A stretch of 64,000 bases of DNA, from contig JACKFN010000004.1 of NCBI GenBank assembly GCA_020632445.1, positions 4,952-68,951 of the forward strand. Reading direction: 5' to 3'. Positions 1-10,506 of the stretch are shown one piece after another. How positions within the stretch are numbered: the stretch's first letter is position 1; each line of letters begins with the position of its first letter. The stretch comes from Candidatus Nomurabacteria bacterium (GTDB lineage Bacteria > Patescibacteriota > Patescibacteriia > Magasanikbacterales > UBA922). The position numbers were made by a program, and so were the translations under genes. The notes under the pieces are model-generated. The model was not told the DNA's origin. It worked only from the letters and a program-made list of their open reading frames with translations, and searched no databases.

Positions 1-565
1 ATTGAATGGATCGGACATAAAATCCGTGATTGCGATGAGAAGTTTGGTGGCAAGTGGAAGTTCTGCATCAAAATCTTTGAATATTTCAAGGAGCTTTGGC
101 AAGACAACCGTAACCATAAGGATAGCAACACTCACGAGCGCAAGGATAATGACTGCCGGGTAGACCATAGCTCCCCGGATACTTGAAATCAAATCATGTT
201 GCTTGCGCATTTGTATCACAATTTGTTCGAGAGATTGTTCAAGTTGCCCGGCAACTTCACCTGAGGCGACCATTTTTACGTAAATTGGTGGGAAAGCCTT
301 TGGGTGTTTTTCCAGAACCTCACTGAGATTTTTTCCCTGTTCTATCTCTGATCGGATTTCAATGATGATGTTTTTGAATTTACGATTTTCGGTTTCCTTT
401 TCCAAAATATTTAATGCTTCGACCAAAGAAAGTCCGGCTTGAATCATTGTCCTCATGTGGTCGACAAAAAAAATCTTCTCAATGTATTTTATGCTACTGA
501 GGTGTTCTGCTACCCAGTTGTTTACTCTTTCCATGGCTGGAGAGAGATTTTTTTTGGGGGGCATA
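1..565 (-). CDS. pilC: Type IV pilus / type II secretion platform protein PilC/GspF family, N-terminal part (runs off the window edge)
   Basis: The minus-strand translation from an ATG at 563-565 reads MPPKKNLSPAMERVNNWVAEHLSSIKYIEKIFFVDHMRTMIQAGLSLVEALNILEKETEN...QLEQSLEQIVIQMRK, a typical T2SS-F domain. Its start sits right after the pilB stop at 566. Confidence 0.7.
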
Positions 566-2296
566 TTAGTCACGTGTTACACGGAGAACTTCTTCAATGG
601 TAGTGGTACCTTGCTTCGCTTTTATTATACCATCTTGAATGATGGTAACCATACCATTTTTGATAGCATGTTCTTTTATTTCATCGACGGTTGCTCTGGC
701 ATTGATCTTTTTTGCAAGTGCGTCATCGACTTCGAGTACTTCATAGATTCCGACTCTTCCTTTGTAACCGGTTTTTCCACATTTGCGACAACCCTCTCCT
801 CGGTAAAAAGTCATTGACTCAAGATTTTTTTCTTGGACTTTAAGAGCAACTCCGTTCTTTTGGAAGTGTTGGAGGAGCATTCGAGTGTCAGTGAGATGGA
901 GCAGCTCAGTGGTTTCATCTTTGTTGAGTTTATATTCGATACGACAGTTTTCGCAGATACGTCTGACCAGACGCTGTGCAACAATTACGTTGGCAGTGAA
1001 AGCAACCAAGAAAGGTGGAATGTCCATGTCCAAGAGTCTCGGTAGGGTAGTTGGGGCATCATTGGTATGCAGTGTGGAAAGTACGAGGTGTCCAGTCATG
1101 GCCGCATGGATGGCGATTTCTGCGGTTTCCTGGTCACGGATTTCTCCAACCATGATGATATCAGGATCTTGACGCAAAAAAGCACGTAGTCCCTTTGCAA
1201 AGGTGTATCCGACACGGTCATTGGTTTGTGACTGATTGATACCGGCAACATGATATTCAATAGGATCTTCAATGGTAGAGATGTTCACATTGGGCTTGTT
1301 GAGCATTCCGAGCACCGAATACAGGGTTGTTGTTTTACCACTTCCCGTAGGGCCGGTTACCAAGATAATTCCATGAGGCTTACTAATAGCCGCTTGAACA
1401 ATTTTCTTTGGCTCCGGTAAAAATCCAAGCTCTTCAAGCTCGAGTGGTTTTTCTCCCTCGTGCAAAAGACGAAGCACAATTTTTTCACCATCATACACGG
1501 GCATGATAGACACACGAAAGGAATACTTGTCTTCTTGGATTTGAATTTTAAATCGACCGTCTTGTGGAAGCATGTGTTCGTCGATTTTGAGGTTGGCAAG
1601 AATTTTGATTCTTGCGATGATTCCATTTTTTACGGTTTTGGGAAGGGTCATGACCTGGCGAAGCATTCCATCAACACGATAGCGAACAATGACTTCTTTT
1701 TCCGTCGGTTCGATGTGAATATCAGAGGATCCTTCATAGACGGCATGCTCCAAAACACTGTTTACGATATTGATGATCGGAAGTTCTTCTGCTGCTTTTT
1801 TGAGATCATCGCCCCCTTCTTCTCCTCCTTCAGTGAGTTGTTGAATATTGATTCCTTCTTGTTCAAGGTCTGCGTGGTACCTGCGAAGTGCGTCTTTGAT
1901 ATCTGTTGGAGTGGTAAGAAATACCTCAGGGACGAGTCCAAGCTTTCGTCTGATAAACTCTATCGTCTGGATGTCATCGGGATCGAGCATCGCCAAAGAG
2001 ATGCTTTCGCTGGTTTTGGCAAAGGCAATGATGTGGTGCGTTTGCGCTAGTGGTGCGGGAATCAGATTGAGGACTTCTTTTTTAATCTCTTGTCCTTTGA
2101 GTGGAACAAATTTTACTTTGAGTGCCTCTGCCAGCTTGCTATAGAGCTCTGTTTCGTCTACTATCCCTTCGTCAACCAAAAAAGTATCCAAGTCTTTTTT
2201 TTGCTTTTGTGCATCTTCAAGATTTTTTTTCAGGTCTGCTTCTGAAAGTTCAAAATCGGATTTGAGAATTTCTAAAAGCTCTTTTTCGTGAAACAT
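566..2296 (-). CDS. pilB: Type IV pilus assembly ATPase PilB / GspE family
   Basis: Walker A GPTGSGKTTTLYS, Asp box, a GEIRD-type motif and a C-terminal tetracysteine (CENC...CRKCGKTGY). The ORF was trimmed to the MFHEKELL start; the exact start is uncertain. Confidence 0.85.
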   Translation of the reverse strand: MFHEKELLEILKSDFELSEADLKKNLEDAQKQKKDLDTFLVDEGIVDETELYSKLAEALKVKFVPLKGQEIKKEVLNLIPAPLAQTHHIIAFAKTSESISLAMLDPDDIQTIEFIRRKLGLVPEVFLTTPTDIKDALRRYHADLEQEGINIQQLTEGGEEGGDDLKKAAEELPIINIVNSVLEHAVYEGSSDIHIEPTEKEVIVRYRVDGMLRQVMTLPKTVKNGIIARIKILANLKIDEHMLPQDGRFKIQIQEDKYSFRVSIMPVYDGEKIVLRLLHEGEKPLELEELGFLPEPKKIVQAAISKPHGIILVTGPTGSGKTTTLYSVLGMLNKPNVNISTIEDPIEYHVAGINQSQTNDRVGYTFAKGLRAFLRQDPDIIMVGEIRDQETAEIAIHAAMTGHLVLSTLHTNDAPTTLPRLLDMDIPPFLVAFTANVIVAQRLVRRICENCRIEYKLNKDETTELLHLTDTRMLLQHFQKNGVALKVQEKNLESMTFYRGEGCRKCGKTGYKGRVGIYEVLEVDDALAKKINARATVDEIKEHAIKNGMVTIIQDGIIKAKQGTTTIEEVLRVTRD

Positions 2297-2364
2297 AAAA
2301 ATGTTCGCTTTACACCTGGCAAGAAGTCCATTATAGTATAGCATAAAGTAACACTTCATCCTAT

Positions 2365-2709
2365 ATGAATGAGCAAATAAAATACTCTCGATTAACAAGA
2401 TTTGTGGCAGCAGGTTACTATTTTTTTGATTTGGGTGAATTACTCATTTTTCGCGAAAAGAATATGAGTGATTTGGAGCAAACATTTGTAAAGTTTCACC
2501 TAAACGAAAGTCTTAAGCTTTTGCCATTTTTATTGGTGGGGGGTTTGGGTCTTTTTTTTGGATTGGCACCAAATGAGTTTAATTTTGTGAGTCGTGATTT
2601 GGCTAGAAATGCGGGATTCATTTTTTTGGTCGTGTACGTACTGTTTGCTATTCGAGGTATGCGATGTGCCTGGAAAGGGAATATGAAGAAAATATATGAC
2701 TTTTCGTAG
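2365..2709 (+). CDS. hypothetical small membrane protein
   Basis: ORF with a hydrophobic segment (LLPFLLVGGLGLFFGL) and native AT-rich codon usage. No recognisable domain. Confidence 0.3.
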   Translation: MNEQIKYSRLTRFVAAGYYFFDLGELLIFREKNMSDLEQTFVKFHLNESLKLLPFLLVGGLGLFFGLAPNEFNFVSRDLARNAGFIFLVVYVLFAIRGMRCAWKGNMKKIYDFS

Positions 2710-2742
2710 GATGGTTACCACGTTAAATCGGAAAACTATTGT

Positions 2743-3027
2743 ATGAATGCTGAACATAGGTATGAACAGTTAGAAAAACGAATAGAGGCCATAGAGCAGC
2801 GGAATGCGCGTGTTGAGGCCGATAAGGCTTGGGAGACAAGCTTGTTTCGAAAGGTCTCGATCGTAGTCATTACTTATATTATTGCGGTATTGGTGATGAT
2901 GGCTCTCAAAATTGAAAGTCCTCTTGTGAGTGCTGTGATCCCAACAGTGGGCTTTTTTTTGTCTACGTTAACGCTTCCTGCCATCAAAAAGTGGTGGGTG
3001 GTACGAAAGAATGGGTTTTTTTCTTAA
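2743..3027 (+). CDS. hypothetical membrane protein with an N-terminal coiled-coil segment
   Basis: Sequence EQLEKRIEAIEQRNARVEAD followed by two predicted TM helices. Confidence 0.35.
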   Translation: MNAEHRYEQLEKRIEAIEQRNARVEADKAWETSLFRKVSIVVITYIIAVLVMMALKIESPLVSAVIPTVGFFLSTLTLPAIKKWWVVRKNGFFS

Positions 3028-3139
3028 TTTAAACAAATTTCCTTCCACATTCAGGCTTGACAGGGCCTGATTTTTTTGATATATTGCCACTACAGCGCAA
3101 AACGCCCGCGGGTCGATGTGGGCACAAGACAATATATTT

Positions 3140-3682
3140 ATGAATACATACGAACTTTTGTTCATCCTCCCAGGGACTATGACCGAAGAGGAGCAAAAGC
3201 CAGTTGCAGACAGGGTACAAGAAACCCTGGAGCAAAATGGTGCTTCAAATATTGAAGCAAAAAGTATGGGAAAGAGTCGACTTGCATACCCTATGAAGCA
3301 TATTCGTTATGGGTATTATCATGTGGTGCATTTCCAAGCAGAAGGAGCATCACTTCCAAAAATGCAAGAAAAGCTACGACTTATCCCAGAAATTCTTAGA
3401 TCTATGCTACAAGTTTTTGATGCCGAGCGTGCATCAAAGGAAGTAGAGCAGTACTTTGAAAAAGGTCCTGTCGCACATATTTCAAGAGAAAAAGAAGGTG
3501 GACGTTCACGAAAGCCAAGTCCTACCCGAAAAGAAACTTCTGAAAAGCCAGTTAAAGAAGAAGCTTCAGAAGAAAATAAAAAAGAAGAAACAGAAGAAGC
3601 TGCAGCACCAAATATCGACTTGAAGGAAATTGATAAGAAACTGGACGAAATCACTGGTGATGATGCCGCTAACAATGTTTAA
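3140..3682 (+). CDS. rpsF: 30S ribosomal protein S6 with an extended acidic/Lys-rich C-terminal tail
   Basis: MNTYELLFILPG...YGYYHVVHFQAEG is classic S6; rpsF-ssb-rpsR synteny. Confidence 0.85.
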   Translation: MNTYELLFILPGTMTEEEQKPVADRVQETLEQNGASNIEAKSMGKSRLAYPMKHIRYGYYHVVHFQAEGASLPKMQEKLRLIPEILRSMLQVFDAERASKEVEQYFEKGPVAHISREKEGGRSRKPSPTRKETSEKPVKEEASEENKKEETEEAAAPNIDLKEIDKKLDEITGDDAANNV

Positions 3683-3707
3683 TTCATAGTTATTTTTAAC
3701 ATATCCT

Positions 3708-4157
3708 ATGGACCTCAATCGAGCCACAGTCTTAGGAAGACTAACTCATGACCCCGAAGTTAGAACCACTCCCTCAGGCCAGACTGTTTGTACGCTCTCG
3801 GTTGCAACCAACCGTGCGTGGACAGATAATTCCGGTCAAAAGCAGGAAAAGAGTGAATTTCACAATTGCGTTCTCTGGGGAAAGCTCGCAGAGATTGCAG
3901 GTCAATACCTTAACAAAGGACGTCGTGCCTATATGGAAGGACGTCTCCAGACCAGAGATTGGACTGGGCAAGATGGTGTAAAGCGCTATCGAACGGAGAT
4001 CATTGTCGAAAACATGATCATGCTCGATGGGCCACGCGGTGATGGAAACAGCAGCCGCTCAAATGCCGTACCTATGCCACAGGCAGACGACTCACTTCCA
4101 GTGATTCAACAGTCTGGAGCAGAAGACGAAATTAAGGTAGAGGATATCCCATTCTAA
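3708..4157 (+). CDS. ssb: single-stranded DNA-binding protein
   Basis: OB-fold motifs (NRATVLGRLTHDPEVR, WHNCVLWGKLAE) and an acidic C-terminus ending in DIPF. Confidence 0.9.
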   Translation: MDLNRATVLGRLTHDPEVRTTPSGQTVCTLSVATNRAWTDNSGQKQEKSEFHNCVLWGKLAEIAGQYLNKGRRAYMEGRLQTRDWTGQDGVKRYRTEIIVENMIMLDGPRGDGNSSRSNAVPMPQADDSLPVIQQSGAEDEIKVEDIPF

Positions 4158-4163
4158 TGACCT

Positions 4164-4385
4164 ATGCCAAAGAAAAAAGTAGATGATAGGCCATGCTATT
4201 TCTGCGTAAAAAATACACAGCACATTGAATACAAAGATGTACAAACGCTCAGACGATTTGTATCATCATACTTCAAAATTGTGCCACGTCGCAGAAGTGG
4301 ACTGTGCGCAAAGCATCAACGTCATGTCGCTCGCGCTATTAAGCAAGCGAGAATTGCAGGACTCATTGCTTTTGTACCGAAATAA
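4164..4385 (+). CDS. rpsR: 30S ribosomal protein S18
   Basis: CYFCVKNTQHIEYKDVQTLRRFVSSYFKIVPRRRSGLCAKHQRHVARAIKQARIAGL. Confidence 0.9.
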   Translation: MPKKKVDDRPCYFCVKNTQHIEYKDVQTLRRFVSSYFKIVPRRRSGLCAKHQRHVARAIKQARIAGLIAFVPK

Positions 4386-4649
4386 TGGACTATTTGCAAA
4401 AAACCTCGGTGAAAGTCGGGGTTTTTTTGTTGGCGAATATTTCAACTTATTTAAGAAAAAGTTGAGCAAAAAATTGTGAGCTTCTCACATCAAGCAGAAA
4501 AATATTCATCAAAAATACCTATCACAAAATCGCCCTACGGGCTTTTGGGTTGTGACAAAAATCAGGAGGACCTGATTTTGCGCATTTTTTGATGGATATT
4601 TTTTTGTCTTGCTGCTTAAATGCTCACGATGAGGAGTGAGGTCCCTATG

Positions 4650-4678
4650 TTGACAAAACAGACAAAATGTGATATATT
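4650..4678 (+). promoter_or_regulatory. sigma70-type promoter for the high-GC cassette 4771..5853 (TTGACA - 17 nt - TATATT with TGTG extended -10)
   Basis: ttgacaaaacagacaaaatgtgatatatt. It is near-identical in architecture to the promoter at 34786. Confidence 0.5.
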
Positions 4679-4770
4679 TTTGCGTTAGCTTTTTGGCTGT
4701 GTTATGCGTTTATTTTGGAAAGATTCTGGGATAAACGCATTTCGCAGCATGGAGCTGCAAGGAGGACGAG

Positions 4771-5853
4771 ATGAACAGGCAGATCTGGCTCATGGTGGGC
4801 CTGATGCTGGTCGGTTGTGGGCAGGACATGGGCAGCGGCCATCAGGTCGACGAGACGCCCCCGGGTCTGGACAAGGCGGAGCAGGTCTACACCGAGCTGA
4901 CGGGCAAGACCGTCGGCCACCGCTGGCCCACGGTCGAGGAGATCGAGTACAGGCCTCAGGGGCCGAGGGAGCCCGAGCACCTCCTTCTGGAGGTGCAGCT
5001 GGACGAGAACTTCGAGTACGTCCAGGCGGACAACCTCGGCGTCGTACTGATCGACATGACGGCGAGCAAGGTCCCCACGTCCGCCTACCTGGCCTTCGTG
5101 CTGGCCCGCGATCGGTTCGTACACGAGGCCAAGCGCCAGATCGAGAACTGGAAGGGGGCGAGTCCCGAGCAGTGCTGGGAGGAGTTCCAGCGTGATCGGG
5201 AGAAGCTGCAGGCCCGCGGCGCGTGCCGGTACTTCTGCACCGGCGGGTGCGAGCTGGAGCAGATCGTCAAGGATCGTGAAAAGGCCGTCGAGGACGCGGG
5301 CTACGCCCCGTGGTCGGTGGATGCCTACTGGGAACTGCACGATGCCTACGTCAGCGCGGAGATCTTCACGCCTCTGCCGGGATGGTTCGTTGTGGGCGAG
5401 GATCCCGAGCGAACGCGTCAGGTGATGGCGCTCACGACCGAGTGGGAGCGTCGCTGCATCGAGTGGCAACTCGATCGTGGTGTCGTCAAGAGCCTCGCGC
5501 TCCTGTCGACCATGGCCAAGTACCGACGCTGGGCGCTCGAAGAGTTCGGACCCGAGCTGCGCTCCGAGCTGTTCAAGCGGTGGAGCGAGAGGACGTACGT
5601 TTCCGATGAGGAGATGTCCTGTGATCCCACGGCTCCGCACGCTGACGTGCGGTTCATGATGTCCTGGGAGGTCGCCTATGAGCTCGAGGAGCGTCAGGTC
5701 AGGGACTGGACCTGCGTGAACTTCTTCGAGCGCGAGGTGCAGGCTGACGTGTGCGGCATGCCGGTGCACTCGAGCTACGACTTCATGGATGAGCAGGTCA
5801 CGCAACAGAACCTGATTCACCTGTTCCCGTTCGAGGAACACCAGGACCTGTAG
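4771..5853 (+). CDS. high-GC (about 65%) putative lipoprotein of unknown function (compositionally foreign cassette)
   Basis: AGGAGG Shine-Dalgarno 6 nt before the ATG. Signal peptide with lipobox LVGCG. GC content far above the flanking DNA. The antisense ORF 4702..5841 is a high-GC artefact. Confidence 0.6.
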   Translation: MNRQIWLMVGLMLVGCGQDMGSGHQVDETPPGLDKAEQVYTELTGKTVGHRWPTVEEIEYRPQGPREPEHLLLEVQLDENFEYVQADNLGVVLIDMTASKVPTSAYLAFVLARDRFVHEAKRQIENWKGASPEQCWEEFQRDREKLQARGACRYFCTGGCELEQIVKDREKAVEDAGYAPWSVDAYWELHDAYVSAEIFTPLPGWFVVGEDPERTRQVMALTTEWERRCIEWQLDRGVVKSLALLSTMAKYRRWALEEFGPELRSELFKRWSERTYVSDEEMSCDPTAPHADVRFMMSWEVAYELEERQVRDWTCVNFFEREVQADVCGMPVHSSYDFMDEQVTQQNLIHLFPFEEHQDL

Positions 5854-5952
5854 TCACCACGGTCCGATCCACCCACCAACATACCCCACCCCCGGCGCGT
5901 TCCCACCACGCGCCAACCCCAATTATAGTTTTCATCTTGGAAGTTATTGAGG

Positions 5953-5985
5953 GAAAAGCACAGACATTGATCTGTGCTTTTTTTA
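5953..5985 (+). terminator. rho-independent terminator
   Basis: aaagcacagacattgatctgtgcttttttt: hairpin followed by a T-run. Confidence 0.6.
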
Positions 5986-6014
5986 TTGTATAATACATGC
6001 ACACATACAAAACT

Positions 6015-6479
6015 ATGACCATTGAATCAGCAAAAAATTACGAAAATCGCGTCGAGCGACAAGCAGAACACCGCGAATCCAAAGAAGGAGAAAAAGATCC
6101 CGAGCTTCAAGCTGCCGCGGCTATGGAGCGTGCCGAGCTTTTGGCAAAGGAAGTGAAAAATAGCAAAAAGCAGATGCAAAATATTGCGATCAATGTAGCC
6201 AATGTCAAAAATACTATTGCACAGCTGCGCGCCCAGCTCCAACTTGCTGCTAGTGACGATGATCCTCAATCAGTGCAGCAAGACAAGCAAGCACTCGAGG
6301 CGCTCAAAAAGAAAATTGCTCTTCATCAAGACGAGCTTATGAAAATGCGAGGAGATTTGATAAAACAACAAATGGAAGTGCTCAGTGAAGGAGGAACAGA
6401 CATGACACCTTCACAGCTCCAAGAACTGGCACAAAGACAGGTTGATGCGCTTATTGGCTCAGCGCATGATGATGAGTAA
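6015..6479 (+). CDS. hypothetical coiled-coil protein
   Basis: A TATAAT box sits just upstream. The product is a Glu/Lys/Gln-rich helical protein. Confidence 0.45.
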   Translation: MTIESAKNYENRVERQAEHRESKEGEKDPELQAAAAMERAELLAKEVKNSKKQMQNIAINVANVKNTIAQLRAQLQLAASDDDPQSVQQDKQALEALKKKIALHQDELMKMRGDLIKQQMEVLSEGGTDMTPSQLQELAQRQVDALIGSAHDDE

Positions 6480-6604
6480 AAATTGTGGTATACTAGGAAG
6501 GTAAAAATCGTTGCATTGCTACATGGTGAACATCTAGCAAATTTTTACGTATATACGTAGAATATAAAACCATTTGACCACATGGCAATGGAGCAATTAT
6601 TGGT

Positions 6605-8404
6605 ATGTACCCACGCCTGTCAAAATGTCACAAAGGAATTACTCTCATAGAAATTATTCTTGGAATAGGAATTTTTTTGCTTTTTGCCGTTGGAATTTTT
6701 AGTGGACTCAAGTTTATTTTCACAGTGGTGTATCAGTCTCGTGTTCGCATTTTGGAAACAGCTATTTTAAACGAACAAATTGAAATAGTACGGAACATGT
6801 CTTTTTATGATGTAGGTATCATCAATGGGTCTCCAGCTGGGAATTTGGAGGCGACAATAACGACCGTACGAAACGGAATATCATTTGATATCGTCCGTAC
6901 CGTGCGCAACATAGATGATGAGTATGATGGTACGATTGGTGGTGATCCAAACGATACATCACCGGCAGACTACAAGCTCGTAGAAATTTCTGTAAACTGT
7001 GTGAGCTGCCGGCAAAGAGTTCCACTGACTATGACGAGCTATATTGCCCCGAAGTATATAGAGGGAAACCCAGACAATGGTGCCTTGTTTATTCAAGTTT
7101 TTGATGCCCAGGCTCAGCCAGTAGCAGGTGCCACATTGGACATTGATGCCGTCATTGGCACCACAACCATAGATATCACGGACACGACCGATAACGAAGG
7201 ATACTTGCGAATAGTTGATCTGCCAGCTGGCGTCAACGAATATACTCTTGTCGCGACAAAGGCAGGATATACCACCGATCAAACAGAGTCATCAACAGAA
7301 GCATTGCCAAATCCCGTAAAACCATTTGCTTCCGTTGTAGCGCAAGATGTTACGGAAATAAGTTTGAGTATCGATAGGGTTTCTCAGATTAACCTCACGA
7401 CCAAAAATATTTTTTGTAACCCGCAAGGGTCTGTACAAGTGAACCGGCTTGGGACAAAGCTCAAAGGAACGGATCCGGAAACGCTCAAAGTCAACGACAA
7501 TATTGTTACCGATGGCAGTGGAGTATATGGCTATAGCAGTGTTATTTGGGATAGTTATGGTTTTCGAGCAACGGGGTATGATATTTTGGGAACGGTGCCT
7601 GCTATGCCACTTTCTGTCCTTCCCAATACGAGTAATGATATTGATTTGATTCTTGGTCCTGATAGCGATGATTCTTTGGTGGTGTATGTTTACGATAGTG
7701 TAACGAGCGAACCGATTTCTGATGCCACGGTAAGGCTCACAGATGGAGCTGCTTTTGATCAATCTTCACAAACGGGTGTGGGCTATATTCGACAAACAGA
7801 TTGGTCAGGAGGAAGTGGTCAAGAAAATATGCTCGACGATACGATGTATGATAGTGATAATGGTGGGGTGAATGTGATTTCGTCGGCTGGCAACATGATG
7901 CTTCAGTCTGTTGGGCCAGATTACGTGGCATCTGGCGAGCTTGTTTCTTCTGTATTTGATCTTGGTGTTGGTGTTAATTATCTGTATCTTGATTGGCAGC
8001 CAATAGCTCAGCCCGTAGCAACAGGAGAAAACTCACTGCGTATCCAGGTTGCGACAAGCGCCTCGTCGACACCGGCAACGTGGAATTTCTTGGGTCCTGA
8101 TGGTACAGATGCGACCTATTATGATCAGAATAATTTTGAAATTCACGCTGGACATGATAATGACCAATACTTTCGTTACAAAGTATACTTGTCTACCAAT
8201 ACGACGACGCAATCACCAACACTTTCTGACATTACCATGACATATACAACAGCATGTACTCCGCCAGGGCAGGTCTATTTTGGCAATCTCGTGAATGCCA
8301 CCGAGTATACGGCTACGGTATCAAAAGATGGTTACGAGACGTCAACACAAGCCGTAATTGTGAGTGGGGATATTGTCTTTGGTGTGTCACTCAATACTTT
8401 GTAA
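6605..8404 (+). CDS. type IV pilin-like protein (prepilin-type N-terminus, G|ITLIE with Glu at +5) with a large beta-rich C-terminal ectodomain
   Basis: KGITLIEIILGIGIFLLFAVGIF class-III signal / N-methylation motif, followed by about 550 aa of a Thr/Asp/Gly-rich extracellular region. Confidence 0.65.
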   Translation: MYPRLSKCHKGITLIEIILGIGIFLLFAVGIFSGLKFIFTVVYQSRVRILETAILNEQIEIVRNMSFYDVGIINGSPAGNLEATITTVRNGISFDIVRTVRNIDDEYDGTIGGDPNDTSPADYKLVEISVNCVSCRQRVPLTMTSYIAPKYIEGNPDNGALFIQVFDAQAQPVAGATLDIDAVIGTTTIDITDTTDNEGYLRIVDLPAGVNEYTLVATKAGYTTDQTESSTEALPNPVKPFASVVAQDVTEISLSIDRVSQINLTTKNIFCNPQGSVQVNRLGTKLKGTDPETLKVNDNIVTDGSGVYGYSSVIWDSYGFRATGYDILGTVPAMPLSVLPNTSNDIDLILGPDSDDSLVVYVYDSVTSEPISDATVRLTDGAAFDQSSQTGVGYIRQTDWSGGSGQENMLDDTMYDSDNGGVNVISSAGNMMLQSVGPDYVASGELVSSVFDLGVGVNYLYLDWQPIAQPVATGENSLRIQVATSASSTPATWNFLGPDGTDATYYDQNNFEIHAGHDNDQYFRYKVYLSTNTTTQSPTLSDITMTYTTACTPPGQVYFGNLVNATEYTATVSKDGYETSTQAVIVSGDIVFGVSLNTL

Positions 8405-8405
8405 T

Positions 8406-9008
8406 ATGGATAGGCGTGGAATAACACTTTTGGAAATAGTTATCTCAGTTGGCATCTTTGTTATGCTTACTTTTTCTATCGCTTATATACTTATTACTAC
8501 GCTCAAATCCAATGCCATTGTATGGGATCAGCTCCAAATTCAAAATGAAGGGAGAAAAGTTATTCAGCAAGTTGTAGATGAGGTCCGTCGGGCTGAAAGT
8601 TCCAGTATTGGAAGCTATGCCATTGCTACATCCTCAGCAAATGATTTGGTGTTTTATGCAAACATTGATGATGATGAGCTTCGGGAGAGAGTTCGATTTT
8701 GGCTTGATGGAACAGTGCTAAAAAGAAGTACGGTAAAGCCGTCTGGAGCTGACCTAGCGTACAACAACGCTAATGCATTTGTCGTTGAGCTTGCGCACAA
8801 TTTGACCAACGCTGCAGATGGTGAGGCGGTGTTTGAGTATTATGACGGTGACTATACTGGATCTGGTTCAGGATTAACCCAGCCGGTAAGTACGACCGCT
8901 GTCAGAGCGGTGAGAGTACAACTCAACTTTGAACGCGCCCCAGATAAGAGTCCGGAGCCATTGCGTGTGGAAGCATTTACGAGCATTCGAAATCTCAAAA
9001 CCAATTAA
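8406..9008 (+). CDS. type IV minor pilin / pseudopilin-like protein
   Basis: RRG|ITLLEIVISVGIFVM prepilin motif. The ATG at 8406 follows the upstream stop by 1 nt. Confidence 0.65.
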   Translation: MDRRGITLLEIVISVGIFVMLTFSIAYILITTLKSNAIVWDQLQIQNEGRKVIQQVVDEVRRAESSSIGSYAIATSSANDLVFYANIDDDELRERVRFWLDGTVLKRSTVKPSGADLAYNNANAFVVELAHNLTNAADGEAVFEYYDGDYTGSGSGLTQPVSTTAVRAVRVQLNFERAPDKSPEPLRVEAFTSIRNLKTN

Positions 9009-9013
9009 TTCAT

Positions 9014-10426
9014 ATGAAGTATTTCAAAAAACAATTTGCTCAGTTGGTGCATGATACCAAAGGAACCATGGTGGTTGTTATTTTGGTCTTTGGAGCAGTC
9101 GCAACCATGATCATTGCCAGTGGAATTTCAAGCTACGCGTACTTTGAGCATCGCGCCTCAAACAGAAAATACGATTCTGATTTAGCGCTGCATATTGCCG
9201 AAGCAGGTTTGAACTATTACAAGTGGCACTTGGCTCATAATCCAACGGACTACTATGACGGCAATGGCGGACCTTCAACGTCTACTGATCCGTATATCCA
9301 TGATTACTATGACAAAGACGGAAACGCTATCGGAAAGTTTGAGCTTTTGATAGAAGAGCCGGAGGTAGGGAGCACAGTTGTTGGTGTAGAATCCACCGGG
9401 TATACCAATTGGTCACCACACGTAAAGCGTACACTCTATGCACGGTATGGTTTTCCGAGTTTTGCTGATTATACGTTCTTGTCAAACGCCAACCTGTGGT
9501 TTAGTTTTTCCGCTATTGTTCATGGAGTAATCCATTCAAATGGAGGAATTCGTTTTGATGGTGAGACGGATTCTTGGGTAAAGAGTGCCAAAGAAACATA
9601 CAAGTACGAAAACCAGACACACAAGGGAGTTTGGGGTGGTGGTGGACCGAAGTCATTTTGGGTGTATCCTGTTCCACCTATTGATTTCGACTCAGTAAGT
9701 TCTGATTTGGCAGCTATCAGGGATGAAGCAGATGCTTCTGGTGTACATTTATTTTCTTCCGGTGCCGAAGGATATCACGTGGTGTTTTCTGGTGATACCT
9801 ACGACCTGTATCAGGTAGATACACGAGATTGCTATTATGGTGAGGGGCGTTGGAGGCACAAGTGGGGTGGTTGGTATTGGGACGGTGAAGTCTATTGTTT
9901 TGATATTGGAGATGAAACATTGATCAGTGAAGATAATGCTATCCCAGCAAGTGGCATGTTCTTTTCGGAAGATAACGTATGGGTGGAGGGGACCGTAGAT
10001 GGAAGAATTACCATTGGTGTGGGAAGGTTTCCTGTCCAAGAACCATATTTGAATATCATTATAAACAATAACTTAGTGTATAACGCCAAAAATGATGACG
10101 ACGTGGTTGGACTGATTGCACAGGGTGACATCATCGTCCCATACGAAACTCCAGATACCATGGAAATCAATGCCGCACTTCTCTCGCAGTATGGTTCAAA
10201 CTACCGTCCTTATTATGATGAAGATATGAAAGCAGAGCTTTCCATATTTGGTTCACAGATTTCGTACGAAGGTGGGGGATGGAAATACGTAAACGGATGG
10301 GGAAATGTCATTTCCGGATATGAGGATACGATCCACAGCTATGATGGAAATTTGAAGTACAATCCACCGCCAGGATTCCCGGTTGGAAATGTGCATGAGA
10401 TTCTCTCCTGGGAGGAAGTCGAGTAA
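9014..10426 (+). CDS. pilus-associated protein with an N-terminal TM anchor (PilX-like?)
   Basis: N-terminal hydrophobic helix GTMVVVILVFGAVATMIIASG with no Glu at +5. It is co-operonic with the two pilin genes. Confidence 0.4.
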   Translation: MKYFKKQFAQLVHDTKGTMVVVILVFGAVATMIIASGISSYAYFEHRASNRKYDSDLALHIAEAGLNYYKWHLAHNPTDYYDGNGGPSTSTDPYIHDYYDKDGNAIGKFELLIEEPEVGSTVVGVESTGYTNWSPHVKRTLYARYGFPSFADYTFLSNANLWFSFSAIVHGVIHSNGGIRFDGETDSWVKSAKETYKYENQTHKGVWGGGGPKSFWVYPVPPIDFDSVSSDLAAIRDEADASGVHLFSSGAEGYHVVFSGDTYDLYQVDTRDCYYGEGRWRHKWGGWYWDGEVYCFDIGDETLISEDNAIPASGMFFSEDNVWVEGTVDGRITIGVGRFPVQEPYLNIIINNNLVYNAKNDDDVVGLIAQGDIIVPYETPDTMEINAALLSQYGSNYRPYYDEDMKAELSIFGSQISYEGGGWKYVNGWGNVISGYEDTIHSYDGNLKYNPPPGFPVGNVHEILSWEEVE

Positions 10427-10506
10427 GGGCTATTTTCTTGAAAGCTTGTTGATATTTTGGTATAGTTTCTCACAAGAAAGCAGTTATTTACGCTAATTTT
10501 TTTACT

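Noticed and set aside
4702-5841. 379-aa minus-strand ORF (and 4704..5195 +, 5310..5609 +) covering the high-GC lipoprotein cassette
   Set aside because: High-GC DNA is stop-poor in all frames. Only the + strand frame from 4771 has a Shine-Dalgarno, ATG, signal peptide and lipobox, so the others are compositional artefacts.
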